Shown here one piece after another: positions 8,298-16,511 of a DNA stretch of 45,032 nt. Origin of the DNA: an uncultured Erysipelotrichaceae bacterium (lineage in GTDB: Bacteria > Bacillota_I > Bacilli_A > Erysipelotrichales > Erysipelotrichaceae); NCBI GenBank assembly GCA_902803495.1, contig CADCPY010000073.1, forward strand, positions 1 through 45,032, given 5' to 3'. The notes under the pieces were generated by a model. That model ran no database searches, was not told the origin of the DNA, and saw only the letters and a list, made by a program, of their open reading frames with translations. The position numbers and the translations under genes were made by a program. Each line of letters opens with the position of its first letter. The stretch's first letter is position 1.

Positions 8298-8373
8298 TGG
8301 TGCCGTTTACCGGAATCGAACCAGTGACCTATTCATTACTAGTGAATTGCTCTGCCTGCTGAGCTAAAACGGC
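8298..8373 (-). tRNA. tRNA-Thr with anticodon AGT (A34), 76 nt, CCA encoded
   Basis: Hand fold of the reverse complement: GCCGTTT TA GCTC AGCAGGCA GAGC A ATTCA CTAGTAA TGAAT AGGTC ACTGG TTCGATT CCGGT AAACGGC A CCA. All stems are perfect or carry one GU pair. Confidence 0.8.
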
Positions 8374-8381
8374 GCATGAAT

Positions 8382-8390
8382 ATAATACCA
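8382..8390 (-). promoter_or_regulatory. extended -10 (TGGTATTAT) for tRNA-Thr
   Basis: The minus strand reads TTTGGTATTATATTCATGC immediately before the tRNA 5' end. Confidence 0.45.
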
Positions 8391-8405
8391 AATATTTTCA
8401 ATAAA

Positions 8406-8963
8406 TTAAAGATATTTTTTCAGCTTTTTCGCCAGCAGTGCGATCGGCAGTCCGACCACCGTGTAGTAATCCCCGCGGATTCCCTTCACCAAGCGGTATC
8501 CCTGCCCCTGAATGGCATAGGCTCCCGCCTTGTCCAGAAGGTTCTCCGACTTGACATAGTCTTCCAGCTCCGCCTCTTCCATCGCGTAGAATTCCACGTC
8601 CGTAATACTGCTGAAGGTTTCTTCCCCTTCCCGGGAAAGAATGGCCACACCGGTAATGACCTGGTGTACTCTGCCGTTGAGCTCTTCCAGCATCTGTAAC
8701 GCTTCTTCGTTATCCTTCGGCTTTCCCAGGATGCGGTTATCGATGGTGACGATCGTATCCGAACCGATGACTACGCTGTCCGGGTGCGTCAAAAACACCT
8801 CTTTGGCCTTGCTGTAGGCAACCAAAGCGATTGCTTCGCTCAGAGGCTTGTTCGTATCGATAATTTCCGCGGAGTGGGACGGAATCACTTCAAACGGGAT
8901 TCCCATCTGTTCCATTAACTCCTTGCGCCGCGGAGACTGACTTGCCAGGATCACATGTTTCAT
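8406..8963 (-). CDS. maf: Maf-family nucleoside triphosphate pyrophosphatase / septum formation inhibitor
   Basis: ILASQSPRRKELM...VIGSDTIV...GAYAIQG are Maf hallmarks, and the 185-aa length fits. Confidence 0.9.
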   Translation of the reverse strand: MKHVILASQSPRRKELMEQMGIPFEVIPSHSAEIIDTNKPLSEAIALVAYSKAKEVFLTHPDSVVIGSDTIVTIDNRILGKPKDNEEALQMLEELNGRVHQVITGVAILSREGEETFSSITDVEFYAMEEAELEDYVKSENLLDKAGAYAIQGQGYRLVKGIRGDYYTVVGLPIALLAKKLKKYL

Positions 8964-8985
8964 CGCTGTTTATTATACACCAGAG

Positions 8986-9021
8986 ATAAGAAAAAGCACC
9001 AGAAGGTTTTCTTCCGGTGCT
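8986..9021 (-). terminator. intrinsic terminator after fba
   Basis: The minus strand reads AGCACCGGAAG-AAAAC-CTTCTGGTGCT followed by TTTTCTTATC. Confidence 0.75.
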
Positions 9022-9040
9022 TCGGGATTTATTTTACCAA

Positions 9041-10006
9041 TTAGATTTTGTTATCGCAGCCGAGAACATCAATGATTTTGTGTTTGACTAACTGTTTGAT
9101 GTTTTCACGTGCAGGTTTCAGATACTGACGCGGGTCGAAATCGGCCGGATGATCATGGAAATATTTACGAATTGTTCCAGTCATGGCAAGACGTAAGTCA
9201 GAGTCAATGTTGATCTTGCAGACAGCCATCTTGGAAGCTTCTCTTAACTGTTCTTCCGGAACACCGACTGCATCCGGCATGTTGCCGCCGTTTTCATTGA
9301 TCATCTTGACATATTCCTGCGGAACGGAGCTGGAGCCATGTAATACGATTGGGCTTCCCGGTAAACGTTTGGAAACTTCTTCCAGGATGTCGAAACGGAG
9401 TGGAGGTGGTACTAAGACGCCTTCTTCGTTTCTTGTGCACTGTTCCGGTTTGAACTTGTATGCACCGTGGCTTGTACCGATAGCGATTGCTAAGGAGTCA
9501 CAGCCTGTTCTTCTGACGAATTCTTCAACGTCTTCCGGACGTGTGTAAGAAGAATCTTCTGCGGAAACTTTAACTTCATCTTCAACACCGGCTAAAGTTC
9601 CTAATTCTGCTTCAACGACAACACCGTGTGCATGAGCATATTCAACAACTTTTTTGGTGATTTCGATGTTTTCTTCGAACGGCTTGCTGGAAGCATCGAT
9701 CATAACGGAAGTGAAACCGTCGTCAATGCAGGATTTGCAAGTTTCAAAGCTGTCGCCATGGTCTAAGTGTAAGGCGATTGGTAAGCCTGTTTCGATTTCA
9801 GCGGCTTCAACTAATTTTACTAAATATGTACGGTTGGCATAAGCACGTGCGCCTTTGGAAACCTGTAAAATTACCGGAGCGTTGCATTCTTTCGCAGCTT
9901 CTGTAATACCCTGGATGATTTCCATATTGTTGACGTTGAATGCGCCAATGGCATAACCACCCTTATAGGCTTTTTCGAACATTTCTTTTGTTGTTACTAA
10001 TGGCAT
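9041..10006 (-). CDS. fba: class II fructose-1,6-bisphosphate aldolase
   Basis: PLVTTKEMFEKAYKGGYAIGAFNVNNME...LHLDHG...IGTSHGAYKF...LHGSS are class II FBA motifs. Confidence 0.95.
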   Translation of the reverse strand: MPLVTTKEMFEKAYKGGYAIGAFNVNNMEIIQGITEAAKECNAPVILQVSKGARAYANRTYLVKLVEAAEIETGLPIALHLDHGDSFETCKSCIDDGFTSVMIDASSKPFEENIEITKKVVEYAHAHGVVVEAELGTLAGVEDEVKVSAEDSSYTRPEDVEEFVRRTGCDSLAIAIGTSHGAYKFKPEQCTRNEEGVLVPPPLRFDILEEVSKRLPGSPIVLHGSSSVPQEYVKMINENGGNMPDAVGVPEEQLREASKMAVCKINIDSDLRLAMTGTIRKYFHDHPADFDPRQYLKPARENIKQLVKHKIIDVLGCDNKI

Positions 10007-10101
10007 AATATTTTAAATCTCCTTTGTTCTATAATCATTTTATAACAAATTCACGGCAAATTAAACCAATATTATTGTCTTTCCGGGGAAAAGAAACCAT
10101 C

Positions 10102-10941
10102 TTAGTAAACGCGGGCTTCGCACTCTTCCACGGCTGTGACGATGTTGTCCAGTTCCGTGACATTTCTCTCTTCCAGCGTACCGTTATCCACCTCTTTGGC
10201 AAGGTTCGGATCGATTGGAAGCTGTGCCAGATACGGAATACCGTAAGCGTCCGCGATCTCTTCGAGACGGCTTTCACCGAAGACGGAGATCTTCTCGTTG
10301 CAGTGCGGGCAGACCACGTAGCTCATGTTTTCCACTAAGCCCACAACCGGGATATTGACCATTTCCGCCATCTTGATGGATTTCTCAACGATCATGCCGA
10401 CCAACTCCTGCGGAGTGGAGACCACCACAACACCGCTGAGCGGGATGGACTGATAAACCGTCAGAACCGCATCGGCCGTTCCAGGAGGAAGGTCCACCAG
10501 CATATAGTCAACATCGTTCCAGTAAACATCGCTCCAGAACTGCTGAATGATATTGCCGATGATCGGGCCTCTCCAGGCAACCGGATCGTTTTCGTTTTCC
10601 ACTAAGAGGTTTAACGACATCAGTTTGATGCCCTTCTTGCTGACGGCCGGCAGGATACCGATTCCGTCACCCATGGCTTTTTCCTTGATACCGAAGGTTT
10701 TCGGAATGGAAGGTCCCGTAATGTCCGCGTCCAGAATGGCGACATTGTAGCCCTTGTTCCGTAAGGCGATTGCCAGTAAGGAGGTTACCATGGATTTTCC
10801 GACACCGCCCTTACCGCTGGCGATACCGATAACCTTTTTGATATGATTTGTGTCTTTTGTTTTTGCTAAGAAACTGTTCGGATCTCTTTGAGCGCAGTTT
10901 TCACCGCAGCTTGCACAGTCTCTGTTACAGCTGTTACTCAT
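10102..10941 (-). CDS. Mrp/NBP35 (ApbC-like) iron-sulfur cluster carrier ATPase
   Basis: Contains the deviant Walker A GKGGVGKS, the CPHC motif and an N-terminal Cys-rich stretch CNRDCASCGENC. Confidence 0.9.
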   Translation of the reverse strand: MSNSCNRDCASCGENCAQRDPNSFLAKTKDTNHIKKVIGIASGKGGVGKSMVTSLLAIALRNKGYNVAILDADITGPSIPKTFGIKEKAMGDGIGILPAVSKKGIKLMSLNLLVENENDPVAWRGPIIGNIIQQFWSDVYWNDVDYMLVDLPPGTADAVLTVYQSIPLSGVVVVSTPQELVGMIVEKSIKMAEMVNIPVVGLVENMSYVVCPHCNEKISVFGESRLEEIADAYGIPYLAQLPIDPNLAKEVDNGTLEERNVTELDNIVTAVEECEARVY

Positions 10942-10956
10942 GTGATACTTTCCTTC

Positions 10957-12258
10957 CTATTTATGAATCAGATACGTCACGCTCTCTACCAGCGGTGTTT
11001 CGCTGAACAGATCGAATGGCGTTGTTTCCACGATTTGATATGCGGTGCTCAGTGCCTGCAGGTTCTTGCCCAGCGTGCTGGGATTGCAGGAGACATAAAC
11101 GAGCTGTTTGGCCTTGCTCTTTAAGACGGCCTCGATCATGGCATCGCTGAGACCGCTTCTCGGCGGATCCACCACTATTGTATCAAAACGGTACTTTTTA
11201 TTTAAGCCTGATAATTCTTTTGCGGCGTCTCCCATGCGGAATTCCATGTTTTTCTTCCTGTTCTCTTCCGCATTCTTCTTCGCGTCCGTAATGGCTAACG
11301 GATTATTCTCCACGCCGATGACCTGCTTGGCCTTTTCGGAAAGAAACAGGCTCATCGAACCGATACCGCAGTAGGCATCCAGAACGGTGTCCCCTTCCTT
11401 CAGATAGGACGCTGCCTTTTCGTACATGCGGATCGCCTGCGTCAGATTCAGCTGGAAGAAGGCGCTCGGCGAAAGATAGACCGTATAGTCCTTCATGGCG
11501 CATTTGATCTTCCTGCGGCCGTACAGATGCTTGATATCCTTTTTAAAGAATGTCAGAACCCTGCGGTCCGTTATGACGCTTTCGTAGATGGAGACTAAGG
11601 ATTCGATCTCCGAGAGGTCTTTGACGGTTGCTTCATCGAGAATATGGGCGCTTGTCACAAAGGTGGCCTGATACTCATTTTCAAAGCCACGCAGCAAGAG
11701 ATACCGCAATCCTGCTTTGGTGCCGCGCTCATCGACGCGCACCTTATGCCTGTTCAGCACCGCCAGGATCTTTTCGCTCATGGCGTTCAGCCCTTCCTTC
11801 TGCACGTAGCAGTTACGGACCGGGATGATGTGATTGCTGCCGGGCAGATAGGTTCCCACGACGATCTTCTCATCCGCAAAGGTAAACGGCAGCTTCATCT
11901 GATTCCGGTAATGACGGTCCGGATTCTCTACGATCGGATAGACTACAAGATCTTCCGTATCCGTATACTTCCTTAAAGCTTCCTCAAAGATGTTCTGCTT
12001 GTACTTTAACTGCGTCGCTTCTTCGATCTCAATGAAAGGACAGCTTTTGCAGTCTCTGTTTTCGCACTTGGATTCCACATGCCCCCGGCACTTCTGCAGT
12101 GTCTTCTCCAGCTTGCCGAGATAGTAGGACCCCTTGTCTTCCAGAATTTTGACGTCCACGATTTCATACGGGAAGCAGCCCGGCACGAAAACCGGCTTTC
12201 TCCTGTAGTAGCCGATTCCCTCTCCGTTGATTCCCAGACGCTTGATTTCCATTTTCAT
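10957..12258 (-). CDS. 23S rRNA (uracil-C5)-methyltransferase, RlmD/RlmCD (TrmA) family
   Basis: Contains an N-terminal TRAM-like region, a Cys cluster (C..C..C), the SAM motif LDAYCGIGS, and the C-terminal DPPRSGL and YVSCNP catalytic Cys motif. Confidence 0.85.
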   Translation of the reverse strand: MKMEIKRLGINGEGIGYYRRKPVFVPGCFPYEIVDVKILEDKGSYYLGKLEKTLQKCRGHVESKCENRDCKSCPFIEIEEATQLKYKQNIFEEALRKYTDTEDLVVYPIVENPDRHYRNQMKLPFTFADEKIVVGTYLPGSNHIIPVRNCYVQKEGLNAMSEKILAVLNRHKVRVDERGTKAGLRYLLLRGFENEYQATFVTSAHILDEATVKDLSEIESLVSIYESVITDRRVLTFFKKDIKHLYGRRKIKCAMKDYTVYLSPSAFFQLNLTQAIRMYEKAASYLKEGDTVLDAYCGIGSMSLFLSEKAKQVIGVENNPLAITDAKKNAEENRKKNMEFRMGDAAKELSGLNKKYRFDTIVVDPPRSGLSDAMIEAVLKSKAKQLVYVSCNPSTLGKNLQALSTAYQIVETTPFDLFSETPLVESVTYLIHK

Positions 12259-12301
12259 GTTGCTTTACCTACACAATAAGAAAAAAACTGCACGGGCAGT
12301 T

Positions 12302-12694
12302 TTATTCACTCACGGACCATCCCGGAACTTCCTCTCCGCGACGGATCAGTACTCCTTTCTGGAAATCGGTTTTGTTCAGGAAGTGCAGGATCTGTTTTTC
12401 CTCTTCTTCCGTACAGCCGACCAGCAGTTTGACTTCCAGATCTTTTTTCAGCAGATCGGCAGCAATTACCATTGCCTCGACATGTGTCACATCCAGGGAA
12501 CCGCGGAACACACAGATTCCCGGATCTTCCGGATAGGTGTCATCCAGATATCCGTACTGTGTCGGATAGACCAGGTTCGGATACAGCGGATGATGGTCAT
12601 TCTTCTCACGGGTGATGATCAGTCGGTTTGAGAAGAACATGGTATCTATTTTCTGCCAGAAGAATGCATTGTTTAAATATTTGTTATCGTTCAT
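12302..12694 (-). CDS. hypothetical 130-aa protein
   Basis: An ORF tightly packed with its neighbours (9 nt from the upstream gene). LYPNLVYPTQYGYLDDT vaguely recalls the YP..YG(F/Y) motif of family I pyrophosphatases, but I cannot support a function. Confidence 0.55.
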   Translation of the reverse strand: MNDNKYLNNAFFWQKIDTMFFSNRLIITREKNDHHPLYPNLVYPTQYGYLDDTYPEDPGICVFRGSLDVTHVEAMVIAADLLKKDLEVKLLVGCTEEEEKQILHFLNKTDFQKGVLIRRGEEVPGWSVSE

Positions 12695-12703
12695 ACTACT
12701 CTC

Positions 12704-13195
12704 CTACTTCTTAAAAAAATTTTCTTTGACTTTTTTGAAGGTAACTTCCTGTTTTTCTTCCTTCTCTGCCGCCACCTTGCGCATGGCTCGAACGGCCGGG
12801 AAGATGTAGAGTGTTTCCACTCCCGTCATGGTACCGTCGGTCAGATACAGCATCAGCAGATCGAAGCTGCCGGCCCCGCCTTCGCGGTAGGTCCATTTGG
12901 CAATTTCATCCAGGTAAAATACACGGCAGTTATCATCTGAACGATTGAATGAAACGATATAATTATCCGTGATGCGCAGTAAAGGTCTGTCTTTCGAAAG
13001 CACGCCGACCACAATCACCAGAATGGCGAAAATGATACCGAAAATGCGGGTCGACGGAAAATAGATCAATACCAGGCCCAATAAAAACAGCACAGCTATT
13101 GATGCATACGGTTTGGAGTTCTGCTTGAGAACTTCTTTGCCATCCGTAGGCATATCACTGACACGTATTGTACGGTCTTTTACCTGTTTATCCAT
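12704..13195 (-). CDS. hypothetical membrane protein (two TM helices plus a cytoplasmic domain)
   Basis: Two hydrophobic segments (IAVLFLLGLVLIYF and IFGIIFAILVIVVGVL), AAGAGG 8 nt upstream of the ATG, and a good promoter upstream. Confidence 0.6.
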   Translation of the reverse strand: MDKQVKDRTIRVSDMPTDGKEVLKQNSKPYASIAVLFLLGLVLIYFPSTRIFGIIFAILVIVVGVLSKDRPLLRITDNYIVSFNRSDDNCRVFYLDEIAKWTYREGGAGSFDLLMLYLTDGTMTGVETLYIFPAVRAMRKVAAEKEEKQEVTFKKVKENFFKK

Positions 13196-13213
13196 AAGTT
13201 AACCTCTTATACC

Positions 13214-13242
13214 ATTATATCTTTTGGATTTATAGAATGCAA
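13214..13242 (-). promoter_or_regulatory. candidate sigma-A promoter TTGCAT-17-TATAAT for the 13195-to-10102 gene string
   Basis: The minus strand reads TTGCATTCTATAAATCCAAAAGATATAAT, 18 nt upstream of ATG 13195. Confidence 0.6.
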
Positions 13243-13287
13243 GGAAACCGCTATCCCCTCCAAGAGACAAAAATACAGGATACCACT

Positions 13288-13314
13288 TTGCAAGAAAGAA
13301 AATTGTGCTATAAT
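13288..13314 (+). promoter_or_regulatory. extended -10 promoter (TTGCAA-15-TGCTATAAT) for tRNA-Glu
   Basis: TTGTGCTATAATA is identical to the 13-mer upstream of tRNA-Leu. The -10 ends 10 nt before the tRNA. Confidence 0.6.
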
Positions 13315-13324
13315 AATTTCATAT

Positions 13325-13401
13325 GGTCCGTTGGTGAAGTGGTTCAACACACTGGATTCTCATTCCAGCATTCACGGGTTCGAACCCCGTACGGACTACC
13401 A
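13325..13401 (+). tRNA. tRNA-Glu (anticodon CTC), CCA encoded
   Basis: Hand fold: GGTCCGT..., anticodon stem CTGGA/TCCAG, loop TTCTCAT, T arm ACGGG TTCGAAC CCCGT. There is a G1-U72 wobble in my fold. Confidence 0.8.
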
Positions 13402-13406
13402 TTGCG

Positions 13407-13439
13407 AAAAAAAAGAAGCAAAATGCTTCTTTTTTATTT
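13407..13439 (+). terminator. intrinsic terminator after tRNA-Glu
   Basis: AAAAGAAGCA-AAA-TGCTTCTTTT followed by TTATTT. Confidence 0.75.
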
Positions 13440-13479
13440 GATTTCTGAATAAAGATGGTGTAATATATAAAAGCAACGT

Positions 13480-13555
13480 TGGGGTATCGCCAAGCGGTAA
13501 GGCAACGGACTCTGACTCCGTCACTTCGAAGGTTCGAATCCTTCTACCCCAGCCA
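13480..13555 (+). tRNA. tRNA-Gln (anticodon CTG), CCA encoded
   Basis: TGGGGTATCGCCAAGCGGTAAGGCA is the typical Gln 5' half. The anticodon stem is ACGGA/TCCGT with loop CTCTGAC. The variable region is one nt longer than E. coli tRNA-Gln in my fold. Confidence 0.8.
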
Positions 13556-13566
13556 GATATAAAACT

Positions 13567-13591
13567 ACTAAGAGAATCTCTTAGTTTTTTT
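13567..13591 (+). terminator. intrinsic terminator after tRNA-Gln
   Basis: CTAAGAG-AAT-CTCTTAG followed by TTTTTTT. Confidence 0.75.
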
Positions 13592-13700
13592 ATGCCTTTT
13601 TGTGAAATTCCCAAAAAGCCTTTCCATTTTTACGGAATCATGTATAATAGTAATTTGCTTCTGTATCTTCCCCTTTCATTTAGTATGGAAGCAAAGTCGT

Positions 13701-13738
13701 AAAAAAAAGACTACAGATTTCCCTGTAGTCTTTTTTTT
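13701..13738. terminator. bidirectional intrinsic terminator (ends ltaS on the minus strand; could also end a plus-strand transcript)
   Basis: AAAAAAAA-GACTACAG-ATTTCC-CTGTAGTC-TTTTTTTT. The ltaS stop codon lies inside the T run. Confidence 0.8.
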
Positions 13739-15662
13739 ACTTGAATACGTAACTGTAATAGTCGTTATTGATGATAAGCGAGCTGATGATCGTCTTGTTG
13801 TTGACGATGGCGTTCATGCGTTCCACATATCCCTCCGGAACATTCTTTCCTTCCTTCGGCACAAACGTGTCACTCCGGGCGTAGTAGCGTCCGTAGTCCG
13901 AAACCCAGGAATGGTTCTGGAAGATGGCCAGCCCTTCCGCATTGCTCAGAATGTCCTTTCCGATTAAGAAGCGGGAGTCAAACGGCAGATCGAAGAGGTT
14001 GTAGATCGTCGGCATGACATCGATCTGGCTGCCGACCTTTTCGATGGTGGTCGGAGTCATGGCGGAGTTGTACAGAATGAAATTGCTGTGGTTGATCTCA
14101 ATGATGCCGTCCTTTTCGTAGGAACTGAGCTCATTGACCTGTTCGTCACTCAGGAAGTACGGATAGTGGTCTCCCACCAAAGCAATCACCGTATCGTCCA
14201 GAATGCCCTTCTCCTCCAGTTTATTCATCAGAGTCTCCAGTGCTCTGTCCAGCTCGATTTCCCCCGCCAGATAGGCTAAGGCATCGTCAGAGACGTCAAG
14301 ATTGAATGAGCGGAGGTATTCCTCATACTTCGGTCCCATGCCGTTGATACTGCCGTCAAAGGAGTAGGAACCGTGTCCGGAAATGGTAACGTAATAGGTC
14401 ATAAACGGCTGCTGGTCCATATATTCCTCAACCGTGGTTTCCATCATTTCAATATCGCTTTCCGGCCACTTGTTGCAGTTGATCATCTCTTCCAGTCCGC
14501 TCCGGCAGCCCTTGTAGGTATTAAAGCCGGCCGCTTTCAGATACTGATCTCTGTCCTGGAAGTTATAGACGCCGTTATGATAGGCAAAGGTATGATATCC
14601 GGCATTATTGAATAACGTACCGATTCCAAACGGATAGTAGTTTCTTCCGCTCCGGAAGCTCTGCAGCATGTTCTTGCCGTTATAGAGGCTGGTGAGCTCC
14701 TGCAGTTCCCCACCAATCGTGCTGTTGATGGTCGGCGTATAGAAGTTGGTGAAGTAGAACCCATCATGAACCAGCTTGTATAACGTCGGTGTCATGTTCG
14801 GATCGACGGCGACCTCATTAAAGCTTTCCGCCAGAATGAAGATGAGGTTTTTTCCTTCAAACATGCCCGTGTACTTATTGGTCATGGTTGCTTTTTCGTT
14901 ATTAAAGTACTCGTGCAGCTGCAGAATCGTATCGTCCGTTTCGTTCGCAATTAGCATATCGAAATCCACCGGCAGCGTGCGCGGTGTATGGGTATTGGTG
15001 ACTTCCGGAAGATTCTCCAGAATGGAACCATCCTCTTCCACCACATCGATGACTTCTTCAAAGCCGGTGACCTTCTTATAGCTGTCAAGCAGGAAGGAAT
15101 TCAGTACACCGTAATTTTCCACGCTCAGCGTCATGTTATGATGCATGACCGCCAGATCAAACGCGTTGTTGGTATCCTTCAGCACAAAGATGCCTCCGCA
15201 GAATAACGCGGCACTGAGTACTGTCACCAGAACGGAAATGAGCGGGCGCTTCTCCCGATGGAAGTTGATCTTCTTCCGGAAGATGATTGAAAGGATCAGC
15301 GGAAGCAGTAAAAGGATGATTCCGAAGAGCTGCGATATGATCAGCAGGATCATTTCCTTGGAGAAGGAAAAGACCTGATCGGCCGCTGCCAGTAGTGAGA
15401 GTTCAAAGTAGAACCCGAAGAGGCGGAAAAGACACAGCTGCATTCCGAAATAGAACGTGATCAGAAAGACATTTCCGTAAAAGAGGATCCGGTTGACCTT
15501 CTCCGGAAAGAGAGAATTCAGAAATCCGAAGAAAACCCCCAATGTCAGACAGCCGAGAACCAGCAGAATGACATTGATATTCCAGGGGATTCCCAGCAGA
15601 AGTTTCAGGATCACTTCATAGTAAATATAGAATATAGGTAATAGTAGAGTCTGTTTTATCAT
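13737..15662 (-). CDS. LTA synthase family protein (polytopic N-terminus plus extracellular sulfatase/alkaline-phosphatase-fold domain)
   Basis: The 641-aa protein has five or more N-terminal TM segments followed by an LtaS-type domain (NLIFILAESF...TISGHGSY...VGDHYP). Confidence 0.85.
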   Translation of the reverse strand: MIKQTLLLPIFYIYYEVILKLLLGIPWNINVILLVLGCLTLGVFFGFLNSLFPEKVNRILFYGNVFLITFYFGMQLCLFRLFGFYFELSLLAAADQVFSFSKEMILLIISQLFGIILLLLPLILSIIFRKKINFHREKRPLISVLVTVLSAALFCGGIFVLKDTNNAFDLAVMHHNMTLSVENYGVLNSFLLDSYKKVTGFEEVIDVVEEDGSILENLPEVTNTHTPRTLPVDFDMLIANETDDTILQLHEYFNNEKATMTNKYTGMFEGKNLIFILAESFNEVAVDPNMTPTLYKLVHDGFYFTNFYTPTINSTIGGELQELTSLYNGKNMLQSFRSGRNYYPFGIGTLFNNAGYHTFAYHNGVYNFQDRDQYLKAAGFNTYKGCRSGLEEMINCNKWPESDIEMMETTVEEYMDQQPFMTYYVTISGHGSYSFDGSINGMGPKYEEYLRSFNLDVSDDALAYLAGEIELDRALETLMNKLEEKGILDDTVIALVGDHYPYFLSDEQVNELSSYEKDGIIEINHSNFILYNSAMTPTTIEKVGSQIDVMPTIYNLFDLPFDSRFLIGKDILSNAEGLAIFQNHSWVSDYGRYYARSDTFVPKEGKNVPEGYVERMNAIVNNKTIISSLIINNDYYSYVFK

Positions 15663-15683
15663 AATTTTTAACCTGCATTACCT

Positions 15684-15712
15684 ATTATAAAAACTGAAAG
15701 GTTATATTGCAA
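15684..15712 (-). promoter_or_regulatory. candidate sigma-A promoter TTGCAA-17-TATAAT for the LtaS-family gene
   Basis: The minus strand reads TTGCAATATAACCTTTCAGTTTTTATAAT, 21 nt upstream of ATG 15662. Confidence 0.6.
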
Positions 15713-15718
15713 ACAATA

Positions 15719-15747
15719 ACAAAAAAACTTCCGTAAGAAGCGGAAGT
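15719..15747 (-). terminator. intrinsic terminator after xth
   Basis: The minus strand reads ACTTCCG-CTTCTTA-CGGAAGT followed by TTTTTTTG. Confidence 0.75.
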
Positions 15748-15754
15748 CTGTACA

Positions 15755-16510
15755 TTATTTCAAAATCAGTCCGACCGGGCAGTGATCCGATCCGTAGACA
15801 TCGTCATAGATGATCGCATCCTGAATCTGATCTCTGTAGTCGTTCGTGACAAGGAAGTAGTCGATTCTCCATCCCGCGTTGTTTTTACGGGCATTGAAGC
15901 GGTAACTCCACCAGGTGTATCTTTCTTTCACATCCGGATAAAGATAGCGGAACGAGTCTGTAAAGCCCGATTCCAAAAGGATTCCCATCTTCTCTCTTTC
16001 CTGATCGGAGAAGCCGGCATTCCCGCGGTTCTGATTCGGATGCTTCAGGTCGATCTCCTGATGCGCCACGTTCAGATCTCCGCACACGATCACCGGTTTT
16101 CTTTCATGCAGCTTGTGCAGATAGGCACGGAACGCATCTTCCCACTCCATGCGGTAATCGATGCGCAGCAAGCCGTCCTTGCTGTTTGGGGTATAGACGC
16201 ATACCAGAATAAAGTTTTCATATTCTGCCGTCAGCACCCGGCCTTCCTGATCGTGCTCTTCGATTCCGATTCCCGCAGTAACACTCAGCGGCTCTGTCTT
16301 GGTAAAGATGGCCACCCCGGAATAACCCTTTCTAACGGCACTGTTAAAATACGGATGATATCCCGGCAGATCCACTTCCAGCTGGTCCGGCTGCATCTTA
16401 GTTTCCTGCAGGCAGATCACATCCGCATCTTCCCTCTGTAAAAAGGAATAAAAGTCTTCTTTTTTGACAATGGCCCGCAGGCCGTTGACATTCCACGAAA
16501 TCAGTTTCAT
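15755..16510 (-). CDS. xth: exodeoxyribonuclease III (AP endonuclease)
   Basis: MKLISWNVNGLRA...CLQETK...GDLNVAH...SDHCPV are canonical ExoIII motifs. Confidence 0.95.
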   Translation of the reverse strand: MKLISWNVNGLRAIVKKEDFYSFLQREDADVICLQETKMQPDQLEVDLPGYHPYFNSAVRKGYSGVAIFTKTEPLSVTAGIGIEEHDQEGRVLTAEYENFILVCVYTPNSKDGLLRIDYRMEWEDAFRAYLHKLHERKPVIVCGDLNVAHQEIDLKHPNQNRGNAGFSDQEREKMGILLESGFTDSFRYLYPDVKERYTWWSYRFNARKNNAGWRIDYFLVTNDYRDQIQDAIIYDDVYGSDHCPVGLILK

Positions 16511-16511
16511 C

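Noticed and set aside
15782-16441. 219-aa plus-strand ORF
   Set aside because: It lies entirely antisense to the well-supported xth gene. It has no SD, and its composition is typical of a shadow frame.
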